From an uncultured delta proteobacterium (GTDB lineage Bacteria > Desulfobacterota > Binatia > Binatales > Binataceae), in assembly GCA_963842085.1 (NCBI GenBank), contig CAWJET010000001.1, forward strand, positions 384,001-448,000: a stretch of DNA of 64,000 bases, read 5' to 3'. A program made the translations under genes and the position numbers. Numbering within the stretch: position 1 is the stretch's first letter; each line of letters starts with the position of its first letter. Below are positions 40,472 through 50,930 of the stretch, piece by piece. Below the pieces are notes generated by a model. The model searched no databases. It was given only the letters and a program-made list of their open reading frames with translations, and had not been told where the DNA came from.

Positions 40472-42148
40472 ATGCGAGTAACTAAGCTACTCGCGCGCGC
40501 TATCAGTGCGCTCGCGATCACATCGGTCTGCGCGTCGCCAGCGATGGCGAAGCCGATGGCGGAAACCGCCGGCGCGGCGACGCCAATCCAGCACGTAATT
40601 GTGCTCTTTCAGGAAAATGTTTCTTTCGATCACTACTTCGCCAGTTATCCGAACACGACCGGCTTCGTAGCGCAACCCGGAACGCCGACCGTGAACGGGT
40701 TGACCGGATCGCTCCTGACCAACAATCCGAACAAGAACAACCCCGCGAACGTGCCGCAGATCAATCCCTTCCTCCTCGATCGCTCGCAGGCGTCGACCTG
40801 CGACCAGGATCACGACTACGGCGACGAGCAGTTGGCCTTCGATATGGGATTGATGGATCTCTTTCCGGCCAGCGTCGGTTCGGGCGGAAGCTCAGCACCG
40901 GGCACCTTTTGCCTCCCAAACTACTCGTACGGAATGGGCAATGGCATCAACGAGGGTTACTTCGACGGCAACACCGTCACTGCGCTGTGGAACTACGCGC
41001 AGAACTACGCGCTGAACGACAATTTCTTCGGCACGACCTTCGGGCCGTCGACGCCTGGCGTGTTGAACCTGGTCGCCGGCACCACCTATCCGGCTACTGT
41101 CAGCGCTGCTTCCGCCAAGATCGCGAATCCGACCGGCCTCACGGGCACCCTTACCGGAGACCTGGATCCCACCGGCGATGTCTGCTCGAAATTGCCGACG
41201 ATTCAGATGGGTGGGCAGAGTATCGGCGACCTGCTGAGAGCGCAGGGATTAAGCTTTGCTTCGTTCATGGGCGGTTTCGATCTGACCGTCATGAATACCA
41301 ACGGAACAACGGGATGCAAACGCTCGAGTCCGGCGACCGCGGCCAACGACACCACGAATTTTCCGCCACAGCCGGGTGATATGAACTATACCGCCGACTA
41401 CATACCGCATCACGCCTTCTTTCAGTATTTTGCGGACACCGCGAACCCCACCCACGCCCGCCCTACAGTTCCGCCGAGCGAGTACGGTATGTTCGATGCG
41501 CCCACTGACGCCGCTAATCACAACTACGACACGAACGACTTTTTCGCCGCGCTGAATGCGAACTACCTGCCGGCGGTGAGCTTCATCAAAGCGCCCGCCA
41601 ACATGGACGGTCATGCTGGCTATTCCGATCCGTTGCTCGAGCAGCAATGGCTGGTCACCGTCATCAATGCGGTCCAGCAGTCCAATCTCTGGAGCAGCAC
41701 GGCGATCTTTGTCACGTGGGATGATTCCGACGGCTGGTACGATCATGTAATAGGCCCAATCGTCAACCCCTCGGCGTGGACACAGACCGGCTTCGGGACA
41801 ACCAGCGACCAGAACAGCGATCAGCTTAACGGACTCGGCAAGTGCGGCAACGGCACGCCGCTCGACGGCATCGAGGGCCGCTGCGGCCATGGCCCGCGCA
41901 TCCCGATGCTCGTGATCTCGCCGTGGGCAAAGCAGGACTTCGTCGATCACACCTTGACCGACCAGAGCTCGATCATCCACTTCGTCGAAGACAACTGGAA
42001 CCTCGGGAGGATCGGCAATGGTTCGTTCGACGCGCTGTCGGGCTCAATCGATAACATGTTCGACTTTTCAAAGAAGGTGAACCCGGGCCATCAATACCAG
42101 ACATTGCTGGATCCAATGTCCGGAACGGTGATGGGCGGCCACAAGTAA
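40472..42148 (+). CDS. Secreted phosphoesterase (phospholipase C / AcpA-like)
   Basis: Signal peptide; IQHVIVLFQENVSFDHYF, GPSTPG, DGHAGYS, WDDSDGWYDH, GPRIP. Confidence 0.9.
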   Translation: MRVTKLLARAISALAITSVCASPAMAKPMAETAGAATPIQHVIVLFQENVSFDHYFASYPNTTGFVAQPGTPTVNGLTGSLLTNNPNKNNPANVPQINPFLLDRSQASTCDQDHDYGDEQLAFDMGLMDLFPASVGSGGSSAPGTFCLPNYSYGMGNGINEGYFDGNTVTALWNYAQNYALNDNFFGTTFGPSTPGVLNLVAGTTYPATVSAASAKIANPTGLTGTLTGDLDPTGDVCSKLPTIQMGGQSIGDLLRAQGLSFASFMGGFDLTVMNTNGTTGCKRSSPATAANDTTNFPPQPGDMNYTADYIPHHAFFQYFADTANPTHARPTVPPSEYGMFDAPTDAANHNYDTNDFFAALNANYLPAVSFIKAPANMDGHAGYSDPLLEQQWLVTVINAVQQSNLWSSTAIFVTWDDSDGWYDHVIGPIVNPSAWTQTGFGTTSDQNSDQLNGLGKCGNGTPLDGIEGRCGHGPRIPMLVISPWAKQDFVDHTLTDQSSIIHFVEDNWNLGRIGNGSFDALSGSIDNMFDFSKKVNPGHQYQTLLDPMSGTVMGGHK

Positions 42149-42174
42149 ACGCGATCGTTTGCGATTGATCGAAG

Positions 42175-42201
42175 GCGGGCGCGTGCGATGCACGCGCCCG
42201 C
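42175..42201. terminator. Hairpin between convergent genes, probable terminator
   Basis: GCGGGCGCGTGC-GAT-GCACGCGCCCGC perfect 12-bp stem. Confidence 0.6.
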
Positions 42202-42233
42202 TCTAATTTTCATTTGTGGTCGCTCTGGTAGCG

Positions 42234-42677
42234 CTACGCCGCCTTCAGTTCCGACGTGCAATGGGGGCATCGCGTCGCGGCGAGCGGTATCGCGCTGACG
42301 CAGTAGGGGCAATCCTTGGTGTTGGGTGGCGGCGGTATATCTGCGCCGGTAAGGTGATTCACCCATTTGACGAGTATGAAGACCGCGAACGCGATTATCA
42401 GGAAATCGATGATCGTGTTGATGAACAACCCGATGTTCAGCGTCGGCACGCCCGCGGCCTTGGCCGCAGCGAGCGTGGCGTAGTGCTTCGACGAAAGGTT
42501 GATGAACAGGTTTGAGAAATCGACCGCGCCGAGCGCCAGCCCGATCGGCGGCATGAGAATGTCGTTGGTGAACGAGGTGACGATTTTGCCGAACGCGGCG
42601 CCAACGACGAAGCCAACCGCGAGATCAACTACGTTGCCCTTCATTACGAACTGCTTGAACTCTGAGAGTATCGACAC
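42234..42677 (-). CDS. mscL: Large-conductance mechanosensitive channel with C-terminal CPxC...CPxC
   Basis: [17 protein letters not shown]...FGKIV; GGAGG RBS before GTG 42677. Confidence 0.95.
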   Translation of the reverse strand: MSILSEFKQFVMKGNVVDLAVGFVVGAAFGKIVTSFTNDILMPPIGLALGAVDFSNLFINLSSKHYATLAAAKAAGVPTLNIGLFINTIIDFLIIAFAVFILVKWVNHLTGADIPPPPNTKDCPYCVSAIPLAATRCPHCTSELKAA

Positions 42678-42907
42678 GACGCGCCCTCCGTTGGCCGGTT
42701 GGATTGGTGAGGAGCCCCGCTTACAAAAGCATCGCGACAAGGCAATGTAAAACTGCCGCTTGCTTGGTTTGCGCAACTGCGACGGATTGACTTTTCAGAA
42801 ACGCTTCTGATACGCCCTTCAGTTTAGCACTTTGCCGCCGGTATTTTCGGCGCGACTTCCGCGTCAGTGAAAAACTCGTATCCGCGCATGGTCAGGAGGA
42901 CAGCCGA

Positions 42908-44029
42908 ATGGGATCAGTTCATATCAAAGATGAAGAGCGGGTGGGCTCGGAAGCTAAATACAGACTCGAACCTTCCGTCTATCTGCAGAAACTCTACGAG
43001 TCCGGCACTCCTGACCTCGGCTGGATGAACCAGATGGGCGAATGGGGCGTGCGCGCCAAGCCCGGCAACCTCGGCCTGCGCCTCAAGGACATCGAGATCG
43101 GCAGTTACGGAATCATCCCCGAGCATGGCGGAGCGCATCGCTCGATGGCGCCGCGCGGCGCAGTGATTCCCGACGACGTGCCCTCGCTCGGATTCACGAT
43201 TAACGAGAAGGCCGAGTGCTGGGCCGACAACGTGACCGAGCTGTACGAGGAGGCGGTCGCGCGCCAGTGGAGCTCCGCGCGCGACATCCCGTGGACCGAA
43301 CTCAAGCCGCTGCCCGACGATCTGGAACGCGCGATGTGCCAGTTGTGCACCTTCCTGACCGAGGTGGAATTCATCGCGGCCGACGCGCCGACGCGATGGA
43401 TGGGGCAGATGAATCACGACTTCTTCGAAGTGAAGATGTTCCTCGCGACGCAGGCGATGGACGAAGCGCGTCACATGGACGTGTTCCGAAAGCGCGCGCT
43501 CGCTAACGGCGGCGGACTCGGCAAGGCCAGCCCCATAAGCGAGCTGTCATTGAAGCGAATCTTCGATTGCCCGAGTTTCTCGGCGCAGACCGGCCGCTTG
43601 CAACTGTTGGGCGAGGGTTTCGTGCTGACGATGTTCCGACAGGGCGAGTTCCTGGCGCCGAGCCGCGTAGATCAGGAAATCTTCCGACGATGCATGCAGG
43701 ACGAATCGCGGCACGTCGGATTCGGCACGATGCATATCCGCGCGCAACTCAAGGCGAATCCCGCGGTCGCGGAAGAACTGCACGAGCAGCTCGACGACGC
43801 GGAGCGCATTCTGCTCGAGACGTTCAGCGTGCCGGAGGCGGTGGAGCCTATGGCGATCCTGATGGGCGGCGGAGTCGAGCATTTCGACAAAGGCATGGAG
43901 CTGCAAGGGCAGTTGTGGCGGCGAATCGTGCACGAGTACCTGCAGCGCTGCGACTCGGCCGGCCTCGACCGCCGTCCGCGATGCATCCTGCCGACGGACT
44001 TCAACAAGCTGTTCGAAGCGGCGGCCTGA
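42908..44029 (+). CDS. Ferritin-like diiron carboxylate protein, uncharacterised
   Basis: E...DEARH...E...DESRH ligand pattern; AGGAGG RBS. Confidence 0.8.
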   Translation: MGSVHIKDEERVGSEAKYRLEPSVYLQKLYESGTPDLGWMNQMGEWGVRAKPGNLGLRLKDIEIGSYGIIPEHGGAHRSMAPRGAVIPDDVPSLGFTINEKAECWADNVTELYEEAVARQWSSARDIPWTELKPLPDDLERAMCQLCTFLTEVEFIAADAPTRWMGQMNHDFFEVKMFLATQAMDEARHMDVFRKRALANGGGLGKASPISELSLKRIFDCPSFSAQTGRLQLLGEGFVLTMFRQGEFLAPSRVDQEIFRRCMQDESRHVGFGTMHIRAQLKANPAVAEELHEQLDDAERILLETFSVPEAVEPMAILMGGGVEHFDKGMELQGQLWRRIVHEYLQRCDSAGLDRRPRCILPTDFNKLFEAAA

Positions 44030-44469
44030 TGCCATCGTTTCCCGATTCAGAGTGGTTCCTCACCCTCGGCAGGCTGATGCATGCCGAGGGTGAACTTTTC
44101 AGGCGGCTCGGCTACGCCGAGACCCGCTTCGCGGTGCGGGTCGTGCCGAGCAGCACCGGCAACGGCGGCGATCGGATCGTGGGGCTGGTGATCGACGGCT
44201 ATCAGTTGACCGAGGCGAGGCCGGTCGCCGATCTCAACGCGTACGATCCGGACTTCGTCATCTGCGGCAAGCGCGAGATCTGGGATCGGATGCTGGGCGA
44301 GATTGCCGAAAACGGCCGGCCGCAGCTTCGGCATACGCTCAGTTCGCTGGCGCTGGTGGGTGAGGAGCTCTGGCTCGAATCCACCGATCAGTTGCGCGAG
44401 GACAAGTTCTACCGCTTCAATCAGACGCTGCAGGAACTGCTGAATCTCGCGGCAAAAGTCCCCGCATAG
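44029..44469 (+). CDS. Small hypothetical protein (possibly SCP2-like fold) coupled to the diiron protein
   Basis: TGATG overlap; MPSFPDSEWF...DPDFVI.G...W..M pattern. Confidence 0.65.
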   Translation: MPSFPDSEWFLTLGRLMHAEGELFRRLGYAETRFAVRVVPSSTGNGGDRIVGLVIDGYQLTEARPVADLNAYDPDFVICGKREIWDRMLGEIAENGRPQLRHTLSSLALVGEELWLESTDQLREDKFYRFNQTLQELLNLAAKVPA

Positions 44470-44525
44470 AAAATTCGAAAACCTTCGCCGCCGTCTCTCA
44501 GCAGCAAGCACAAAGGAAAGATTCC

Positions 44526-45479
44526 ATGGACCAGCATCCAATTCGCTTTGGAGTTCAGACCGGGCAGCAAAACATCGAGTGGGAACAGCTGCGCAGTTTC
44601 TGGGCGAAAGCCGACGGCTGGGGTTACGACTCGCTGTGGGTGTTCGACCATTTCTATCCGATCTTCTCGCCCGACCCTGCGGGGCCGTGCCTCGAAGGCT
44701 GGACTCTCCTGAGCGCACTCAGTCAGAACACCCGGCGCGCGCGAATCGGCGCATTGGTCAACGGTAACACCTATCGCAACCCGACTCTCACCGCGAAGAT
44801 GGCGGCGACGCTCGACAACGTCAGCGGTGGCCGGCTCAACCTGGGACTGGGCGCCGGATGGTTCGAAGCCGAGCATCGGAGCCTCGGCTTCGACTTCAAA
44901 ACGGTGGGGGGCCGGCTGCAGGCGCTCGACGAAGCGTGCCAGATAATCAAGGGCATGTTCACGCATGAAAAAACCACGCTGAAGGGCAAGCACTACAACG
45001 TCGTGGACGCTGTCTGTAATCCGAAGCCGATCCAGAAAAATCTGCCGCTGATGATTGGCGGACACGGCGAGAAGGTGCTGCTCAAGATCGTCGCGAAACA
45101 CGCGGACATGTGGAACATGGGCAACGCCGACGCCGCGGAAATGAAGCGGCTGATCGGTGTGATCGAGCGTCACGGCGACACGGTCGGCCGCAACACTGAC
45201 GAAATCGAAAAGACCCTGGCCCTCGGGCTCTGCTACAAGGCGCCGAAACAGCGCGAAGAAATGCTCTCATCGGTCGTCGCGATGATGGCGCAGACGACGC
45301 CCGATCGCGCACGCGACATGATGATTATCGGCAACAAGCAGGAATGCGTGGACAAGCTCGAACGCTACATCAAGGCGGGTGTCACGCATTTCATCTTTAT
45401 GCACAGCCCGCCGCTGACGGCCGAGGAAGACATCCAGGCCTTCGCCGAGGATATCATTCCACAGTTTCGCTCGCATTGA
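44526..45479 (+). CDS. LLM-class probable F420-dependent oxidoreductase
   Basis: GYDSLWVFDHF, EGWTLLSAL, YRNP..TAKMAATLD..SGGR, IGG.GEK. Confidence 0.9.
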   Translation: MDQHPIRFGVQTGQQNIEWEQLRSFWAKADGWGYDSLWVFDHFYPIFSPDPAGPCLEGWTLLSALSQNTRRARIGALVNGNTYRNPTLTAKMAATLDNVSGGRLNLGLGAGWFEAEHRSLGFDFKTVGGRLQALDEACQIIKGMFTHEKTTLKGKHYNVVDAVCNPKPIQKNLPLMIGGHGEKVLLKIVAKHADMWNMGNADAAEMKRLIGVIERHGDTVGRNTDEIEKTLALGLCYKAPKQREEMLSSVVAMMAQTTPDRARDMMIIGNKQECVDKLERYIKAGVTHFIFMHSPPLTAEEDIQAFAEDIIPQFRSH

Positions 45480-45582
45480 ATCCAAAGCGGGCGCGGAGAA
45501 ATTAAAGCCCTGGCGCTGGTGGGCGAATCAGACGCTGCAGGAACTGCTCAATCTCGCCGCAAAAGTCCCCGTGTAGCGCGCC

Positions 45583-48216
45583 TCACTCCCCGGTCCCCTT
45601 CAACTCGATCGTCTGGTTCGCATTTCCCGCGTTGTCAAAAATCGTCACCGTCGACGAGGTCGGACCCGGCGACGTCGGCGCGAACAGCACTACGAGCTTG
45701 CACTTCTCTTTCGGCCATAGCTGCGCGCCACAGGTCGACGCGCCCTGGCCCTGGGGAAATCCGAATATCTGCGGGCTGGTCAACGGGACCGTCGCCAGCG
45801 GATTGCCGAAAGTGATGGGCAATCCGTGCTTGGCCGGATTGCCGAACTTCACCGTCCGGTTTGCGACGTGCCCCACTTTCACTTCGCCGAAATTGACCAA
45901 CGACGCGCTGACCTTCAGCGACTCGGGAACCCCGCTCGGCGTCGATGTCGGCGTGGGCGTCGGCGTAGGCGTTGAACTCGGCGTGGCAGTGGGTGTTGCT
46001 GCCGTTGCCGTCGCAGTTGGCGTGGGCGTTGCCGTCGCCGTCGCACTCGGGGTGGGCGTCGGCCCGGTGCCGCCGAATGCCATCGCCAGGTTGTAGGCGT
46101 TGACGGTTCCGATGCCGGTCGCGAAGCTCCATCCGGTGCCCGTCGGATACGCAGGCGCAAACTCGGAGTCAGACGCCGACAGCACGCCGTACTTGCCCGA
46201 CGGTGTGTAGCAGTCATGGGAGCCGCTGCACGGCACGTCGATGTCGCCCTGCGTCACATCGTAAAAAATGCATGAACTGGCGACGCCATTGCCAAGCGTC
46301 GAGTTGCAGGAGGCCGTGCCACCCGACCCATACTCCGCATTGGCCAACGCGTAGTACGCAGGATTCGGGTTGCCTTGCCGGCTTCCGGTCTTTTGATTTA
46401 TCAGCGACTGAATCCCAGCCATGATCGGCGAGGCGAACGACGTCCCGCCGAAACCCGCCCAAGTGTCTGGTGCACCCGTGCACGGCGCGCCGTAACGGCC
46501 CGACGCCGGGTCGGAGTAGCAGACTACGTAGTAGTGATTCCAAACGCCGTCGGCCGCGAACAGCGATACGTCCGGGATGTCACGCACGCCGTCGTGAGGG
46601 TTGCCAAGTATCGACTGCCAACTCGGCTTTTCGTAGCCCGCACAGCTTCCGCCGACGACGCCGCTGCTCGACGGCGAGCCCGTAGCGCATCCGCTCGGGC
46701 CGCCGCTGCCTGCGACGACGGCCAGGAAATCCTGCGAGCCTTGTGCGCTATTGCAGAACCCGCTCGAGCCGTACGCAGTGCTATAGCCGAGGTAGTTGTC
46801 GATCAACCCGCTCGCGCATGAATCGTTCCAGGGAATCTCCGGAACGTAGGAAAGCGCCGATTCGTAATCAGCACTGTTGGAGTCGCTCCAGTAAGAGCCG
46901 TTGCTGCGCGCGTAGGTATCGCCGAAATCGGTGCCGCCGACCGACACGTTATATGGCGTCGACGTGAATCCGCTGATTCCGATGCCGTGCGTCGCCACTG
47001 TATTGCCGGCATCGGAGCTCGCTGCGCCCTCGTCACCCGACGCCACGAACACCGAAACACCTTCGCCCACCGCCTGCTGGTACAGTGAATTGATGTACGC
47101 GTTTTGCGCCGCGCCGTTATCCGCCTCCGACTCGCCGTAGCTGATGCTCATGATAGCCGCTGGCGTCTTCGATTCGTTGAGCAGGTTCGCCATCGCGATG
47201 AATCCGCCGAAGGTGGTCGCCGTATCGGCGCACGAAGCCATCTCGACCGCTGCGCTCGGCGCGGCGGCGCTCGACCATTCCACGTCGATCTCGGCCTCGG
47301 CGTCGGCGTCATTTATTCCAGGGTCGGTGCAGCCCCCCGGATGAACCTGGCTGAGCGAGCCCGCGGGGTAGGCGCTCGCCAGTCCCATCGCGCTGCGAAA
47401 CGTGTTCCAGTCCGAGGTCTTGTAAAGATCGCTGTCCTCGATCAGCACGATCGTCTGTCCCTGCCCGGAGTAGCCGGCCGCGAACAGGGGATTGAGATTG
47501 TAGATGGTCGCGAGGTCCGCCGGCACGACCAGGTTCTCCTGCTCTCCGCCGCTGGTGACGGTGTAGCCGGGACGCGGCTGGTTCATCGCGCGCGGCCTGA
47601 AGTCGTTGAGCGACACCACCCCGGCAACCGCCGGCGCCAGCGCCGCGGGAATCCGCGGGTCGCTCATGTTGGCGATATGCGCCGCACCATTCACCGCGAG
47701 GTGGTGAATCCCGGTGTGGAAGGCCTCGCCCACCTGGCCGGCGGTGCCCGAGAAATCGATCACCGTGCCGTTGGGATAAGTGCGGTTGACGGTGAGGCCA
47801 TGCGATTGCAGCCAGCCCGTGATCTTCGCGAGGTCCTGGCCGGCCAATCCGTACTTCTCGCCGAACTCCTGCGCGGTCAACCAATGGTGATAGTTCGGCG
47901 ACTTCGGATCCTCGAGTTCATCCAGATATTTTTCGAGTGCTTGCTCCTGCGCGGCAGAGCGTCGCAACTGGAGCAGCATGTGCTCCATCGGAAAGCCGGG
48001 AGCAACCGTACCGCGGTCATTTGCGGCGGTCGCTTCAGCGCGAGTGTTGCCGGCGAGCGTGACCAGCGAATTCTCGTCGATGGCGGCTGTAATGAGCGAC
48101 GCTGTCGCTGACCCGGCACTGAACGCGGCGCGCACTCCCGCCAGCAGCATCAGGGCGCAGGCTGCTGCGAGGCTCGCGAGTTTGAAGTGCTCCTTCATTG
48201 ATTGCACTTCTTGCAT
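45583..48216 (-). CDS. Sedolisin (S53) serine peptidase with propeptide, Pro/Thr linker and C-terminal Ig-like domain
   Basis: EAEIDVE, ASGDEG, RDIPDVS, GGTSFASP; PT-repeat linker. Confidence 0.92.
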   Translation of the reverse strand: MQEVQSMKEHFKLASLAAACALMLLAGVRAAFSAGSATASLITAAIDENSLVTLAGNTRAEATAANDRGTVAPGFPMEHMLLQLRRSAAQEQALEKYLDELEDPKSPNYHHWLTAQEFGEKYGLAGQDLAKITGWLQSHGLTVNRTYPNGTVIDFSGTAGQVGEAFHTGIHHLAVNGAAHIANMSDPRIPAALAPAVAGVVSLNDFRPRAMNQPRPGYTVTSGGEQENLVVPADLATIYNLNPLFAAGYSGQGQTIVLIEDSDLYKTSDWNTFRSAMGLASAYPAGSLSQVHPGGCTDPGINDADAEAEIDVEWSSAAAPSAAVEMASCADTATTFGGFIAMANLLNESKTPAAIMSISYGESEADNGAAQNAYINSLYQQAVGEGVSVFVASGDEGAASSDAGNTVATHGIGISGFTSTPYNVSVGGTDFGDTYARSNGSYWSDSNSADYESALSYVPEIPWNDSCASGLIDNYLGYSTAYGSSGFCNSAQGSQDFLAVVAGSGGPSGCATGSPSSSGVVGGSCAGYEKPSWQSILGNPHDGVRDIPDVSLFAADGVWNHYYVVCYSDPASGRYGAPCTGAPDTWAGFGGTSFASPIMAGIQSLINQKTGSRQGNPNPAYYALANAEYGSGGTASCNSTLGNGVASSCIFYDVTQGDIDVPCSGSHDCYTPSGKYGVLSASDSEFAPAYPTGTGWSFATGIGTVNAYNLAMAFGGTGPTPTPSATATATPTPTATATAATPTATPSSTPTPTPTPTSTPSGVPESLKVSASLVNFGEVKVGHVANRTVKFGNPAKHGLPITFGNPLATVPLTSPQIFGFPQGQGASTCGAQLWPKEKCKLVVLFAPTSPGPTSSTVTIFDNAGNANQTIELKGTGE

Positions 48217-48243
48217 CGCAAGATCGCGCTTATAGGATTCAAG

Positions 48244-48375
48244 CTAGAGAATCGTTATGGCGGACGACGATGCGACCTGTGTCATTCCCGCGTTCGCCGC
48301 GGCCATCACCGTTCCAAGCATGATTACTGCAGAAAGAATCGCGGTAAATATGAAGCCGGCGGTATTCATTTTCAT
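48244..48375 (-). CDS. Putative 43-aa hydrophobic small protein
   Basis: AGAGGA RBS; MKMNTAGFIFTAILSAVIMLGTVMAAANAG...; not in the ORF track. Confidence 0.4.
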   Translation of the reverse strand: MKMNTAGFIFTAILSAVIMLGTVMAAANAGMTQVASSSAITIL

Positions 48376-48445
48376 TCCTCTGACAAGGAATACGCACGGC
48401 AAGTCCGCTGGTTACGCAACCTAAACGGTCCGTTAGGATTGGTGA

Positions 48446-49348
48446 TTACGCTGCTTTGACTACCAGATCGTCCGAGTCGGCCCTGCCGCGCGGCGTGCCG
48501 TGGCGAACGTCGGTCGCAAGGCCGAACTTCTCGAGCGCGAGTATCAGCATGTAGCCGGCGTCGGGCTGGCGCCAAGTCCATCCGAGACGCGCAGAGCCGG
48601 GGCGCGCGTGATGGTTGCGATGCCAGTTCTCGCCCTGAAACAGATGCATCAGCGCGAGCCATTTTACGTTGCGGCTCGAATCCTGGCCCACCGTGATCCC
48701 CGGTTCGGTGTGGCAAACGCTGTTGACGAAACATTGCGCGTGCAGTCCGAAACACAGGCGAATCGCGCCGAGCCAGAAAAATGCGGCCGGGCTGAAATAC
48801 AAACCGCCGAGATATGAGAGCGCGAGGATCGGCGTCTGGAACCATCGCCAGGCGCGATACGAGACTCCGCTCAGATCGGGGCAGTAGCGATCGATCGGCG
48901 GCTCGCCGGCCTGCCACAGCCAGCGCAGATGTGCCCACCAGAAACCGCCCCACACCGGGCTCGAGATGTCTTCCGGGGTGTCAGCCTTGGCGTGATGCAG
49001 CCGATGGCCGGCGGCCCAGGTAGTCGGCGCGCCGGAACCGTTGAACATCGCAAAGAAAATCAGCACTCCGCGCGCCCACGGATTAAGTGTGAGCGAGCGA
49101 TGCGCGATCGCGCGGTGATAACCGACCGTGGTGCCCAATCCGCCTATGAATACCAGCGCCACCGCGCCAAGGAATATGCGCCATCCGGGAATCGGATAAA
49201 GCACCAGTCCAATCGCGGCGGTAATATGAATGAGGCAAACCCAGGACAGTATCGAAATGTCGCGCCCCGAGGCATGCCACCATGGCTGCTTCCACGGCTC
49301 GCTCTTTAGGGTTTCGGTCGTGCTCAAGGTCGTGAAAGCTGCTGCCAT
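48446..49348 (-). CDS. Acyl-CoA/acyl-lipid desaturase (delta-9-like)
   Basis: His boxes HRAIAH, HRLHH, HRNHH. Confidence 0.92.
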   Translation of the reverse strand: MAAAFTTLSTTETLKSEPWKQPWWHASGRDISILSWVCLIHITAAIGLVLYPIPGWRIFLGAVALVFIGGLGTTVGYHRAIAHRSLTLNPWARGVLIFFAMFNGSGAPTTWAAGHRLHHAKADTPEDISSPVWGGFWWAHLRWLWQAGEPPIDRYCPDLSGVSYRAWRWFQTPILALSYLGGLYFSPAAFFWLGAIRLCFGLHAQCFVNSVCHTEPGITVGQDSSRNVKWLALMHLFQGENWHRNHHARPGSARLGWTWRQPDAGYMLILALEKFGLATDVRHGTPRGRADSDDLVVKAA

Positions 49349-49643
49349 TCGTCTCTCCAACTGTCGCATTTACCCACATCACCGCCCGCGCCCGTTTGGC
49401 TGCACGGATGATGATGCCTCGGGCGGTCGGACGCGCATGCGCATTCCTGGCTACCCGCCAGCATCAGCACATTTTCACGTTTCACCGGGATGCCTTCGAT
49501 TCCAAGGCGGGGAGCTGAATGTGCTTGCCGTCGCGGACTAGGACATTACAGGATACTAACGTCGTGCGCTACAACCGATTGCACCAACATAGTTAGTCGC
49601 GCCTTGCTCACCCTCACAAATGTTCCCCGGGTAACGAGTCAGA

Positions 49644-50837
49644 TTAGCGCCAGACGGTCGTCGCGAACCCGATCAGTCCACCGCCGAGCACCAGCCACGC
49701 TGAATTCACGCGGTAGCGGATCAAGATGATCGCGCTCGAGACCGCGAGAATCATCGTGGTGACGTCGACGATTGCGGCGCGCGCGAGAAACAGGGTCACC
49801 GCCGCCATCAAGGCGCACGCGCCGACGTTGACGCCGTCGAGAAACGCGCCGGCCAGCGCGGAGCGGCGCAGATGTGGGATCAAAGGCCCGCTGAGCGAGA
49901 CGAAGAAAAACGACGGCAGAAAAATTCCAAGCGTCGCGACTGCCGCGCCGCGGAATCCACCGAGGATGTAGCCGATAAATGTCGCGGTCGTGAACACCGG
50001 CCCCGGCGTGACCTGGCCGACCGCGACGGCGTCGAGCAACTGCGCCTCGGTCAGCCATCGCAATCGATCGACCAGGTCGGTGCGGATGAACGCCAGCAAC
50101 ACGTAGCCGCTGCCGAAGAGCACCGCGCCCACCTTCAAAAAGAACAGAAACAAAGTGGCGAGACTGAACGGGACCGCGGCTGCGGCGAGCACAGCTGCTT
50201 TCGCGCCGGACGCGCGCGTGGCGACGGTCGGGATCGCGGCGAGCGCCGCGCGTGTGCCGGCGCGATCTTCGACAGCTCGAATCGCGAGCATCACGATTCC
50301 GCCGCCGAGCAGCACGATAAGATCGTTCACGTCGAGGAGTGACGCGGCCAGCGCAACGATCGCGATTGCCGCGAGGATGCGCGACTTGATTGCGGTGCGC
50401 CCCAGTCCCCACAGCGCCTGCAGCACGACCGCGATGATCACCGGCTTGACCCCATACAGGAGACCGACCGCCTGCGGCATCGCGCCGAACCGCACGTAGG
50501 TCCATGCGATCGCCAGCACGATCGCGGCGGCCGGAAGGATGAAGCACGCGCCGGCGACTATCAGCCCCGCAAGTCCCGCCTGCTGCTGCCCGATGTGAAT
50601 CGCCATCTCGGTCGAGTTGGGGCCGGGAATCAGGTTGCAGATGCCGAGCATGTCGAGGAAGCGCTCGTGCGTCAGCCATCGCCGGCGGCGCACGACCTCG
50701 TCCTCCATCATCGCGATGTGGGCGGCGGGACCGCCCATCGCAATCGTGCCGAGTCGAAGAAACAACACGGCGAGAGCGCGGAGCGCATCGCGTCGCGCCG
50801 CGGGATTTTCTGTGGCGTGAGAAATCGATTCGTCCAT
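49644..50837 (-). CDS. chrA: Chromate efflux transporter
   Basis: GGPAAHIA, PGPNSTE, FGSGYVL, GQVTPGP. Confidence 0.93.
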   Translation of the reverse strand: MDESISHATENPAARRDALRALAVLFLRLGTIAMGGPAAHIAMMEDEVVRRRRWLTHERFLDMLGICNLIPGPNSTEMAIHIGQQQAGLAGLIVAGACFILPAAAIVLAIAWTYVRFGAMPQAVGLLYGVKPVIIAVVLQALWGLGRTAIKSRILAAIAIVALAASLLDVNDLIVLLGGGIVMLAIRAVEDRAGTRAALAAIPTVATRASGAKAAVLAAAAVPFSLATLFLFFLKVGAVLFGSGYVLLAFIRTDLVDRLRWLTEAQLLDAVAVGQVTPGPVFTTATFIGYILGGFRGAAVATLGIFLPSFFFVSLSGPLIPHLRRSALAGAFLDGVNVGACALMAAVTLFLARAAIVDVTTMILAVSSAIILIRYRVNSAWLVLGGGLIGFATTVWR

Positions 50838-50930
50838 GTAACCGCGGATCAGATGATCACGCGTGGCGAAACGTATTACAGCACGCGCGCTTTGTCATTG
50901 GCGAAGGCCTGCGATAAGAATTGAATTACT

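Noticed and set aside
45940-46065. Short tandem repeats
   Set aside because: They encode the Pro/Thr/Ala linker of the S53 protease.
49490-49516. tRNA fragment (TTCGATTCC T-loop-like sequence)
   Set aside because: No cloverleaf, acceptor stem or CCA end can be built.
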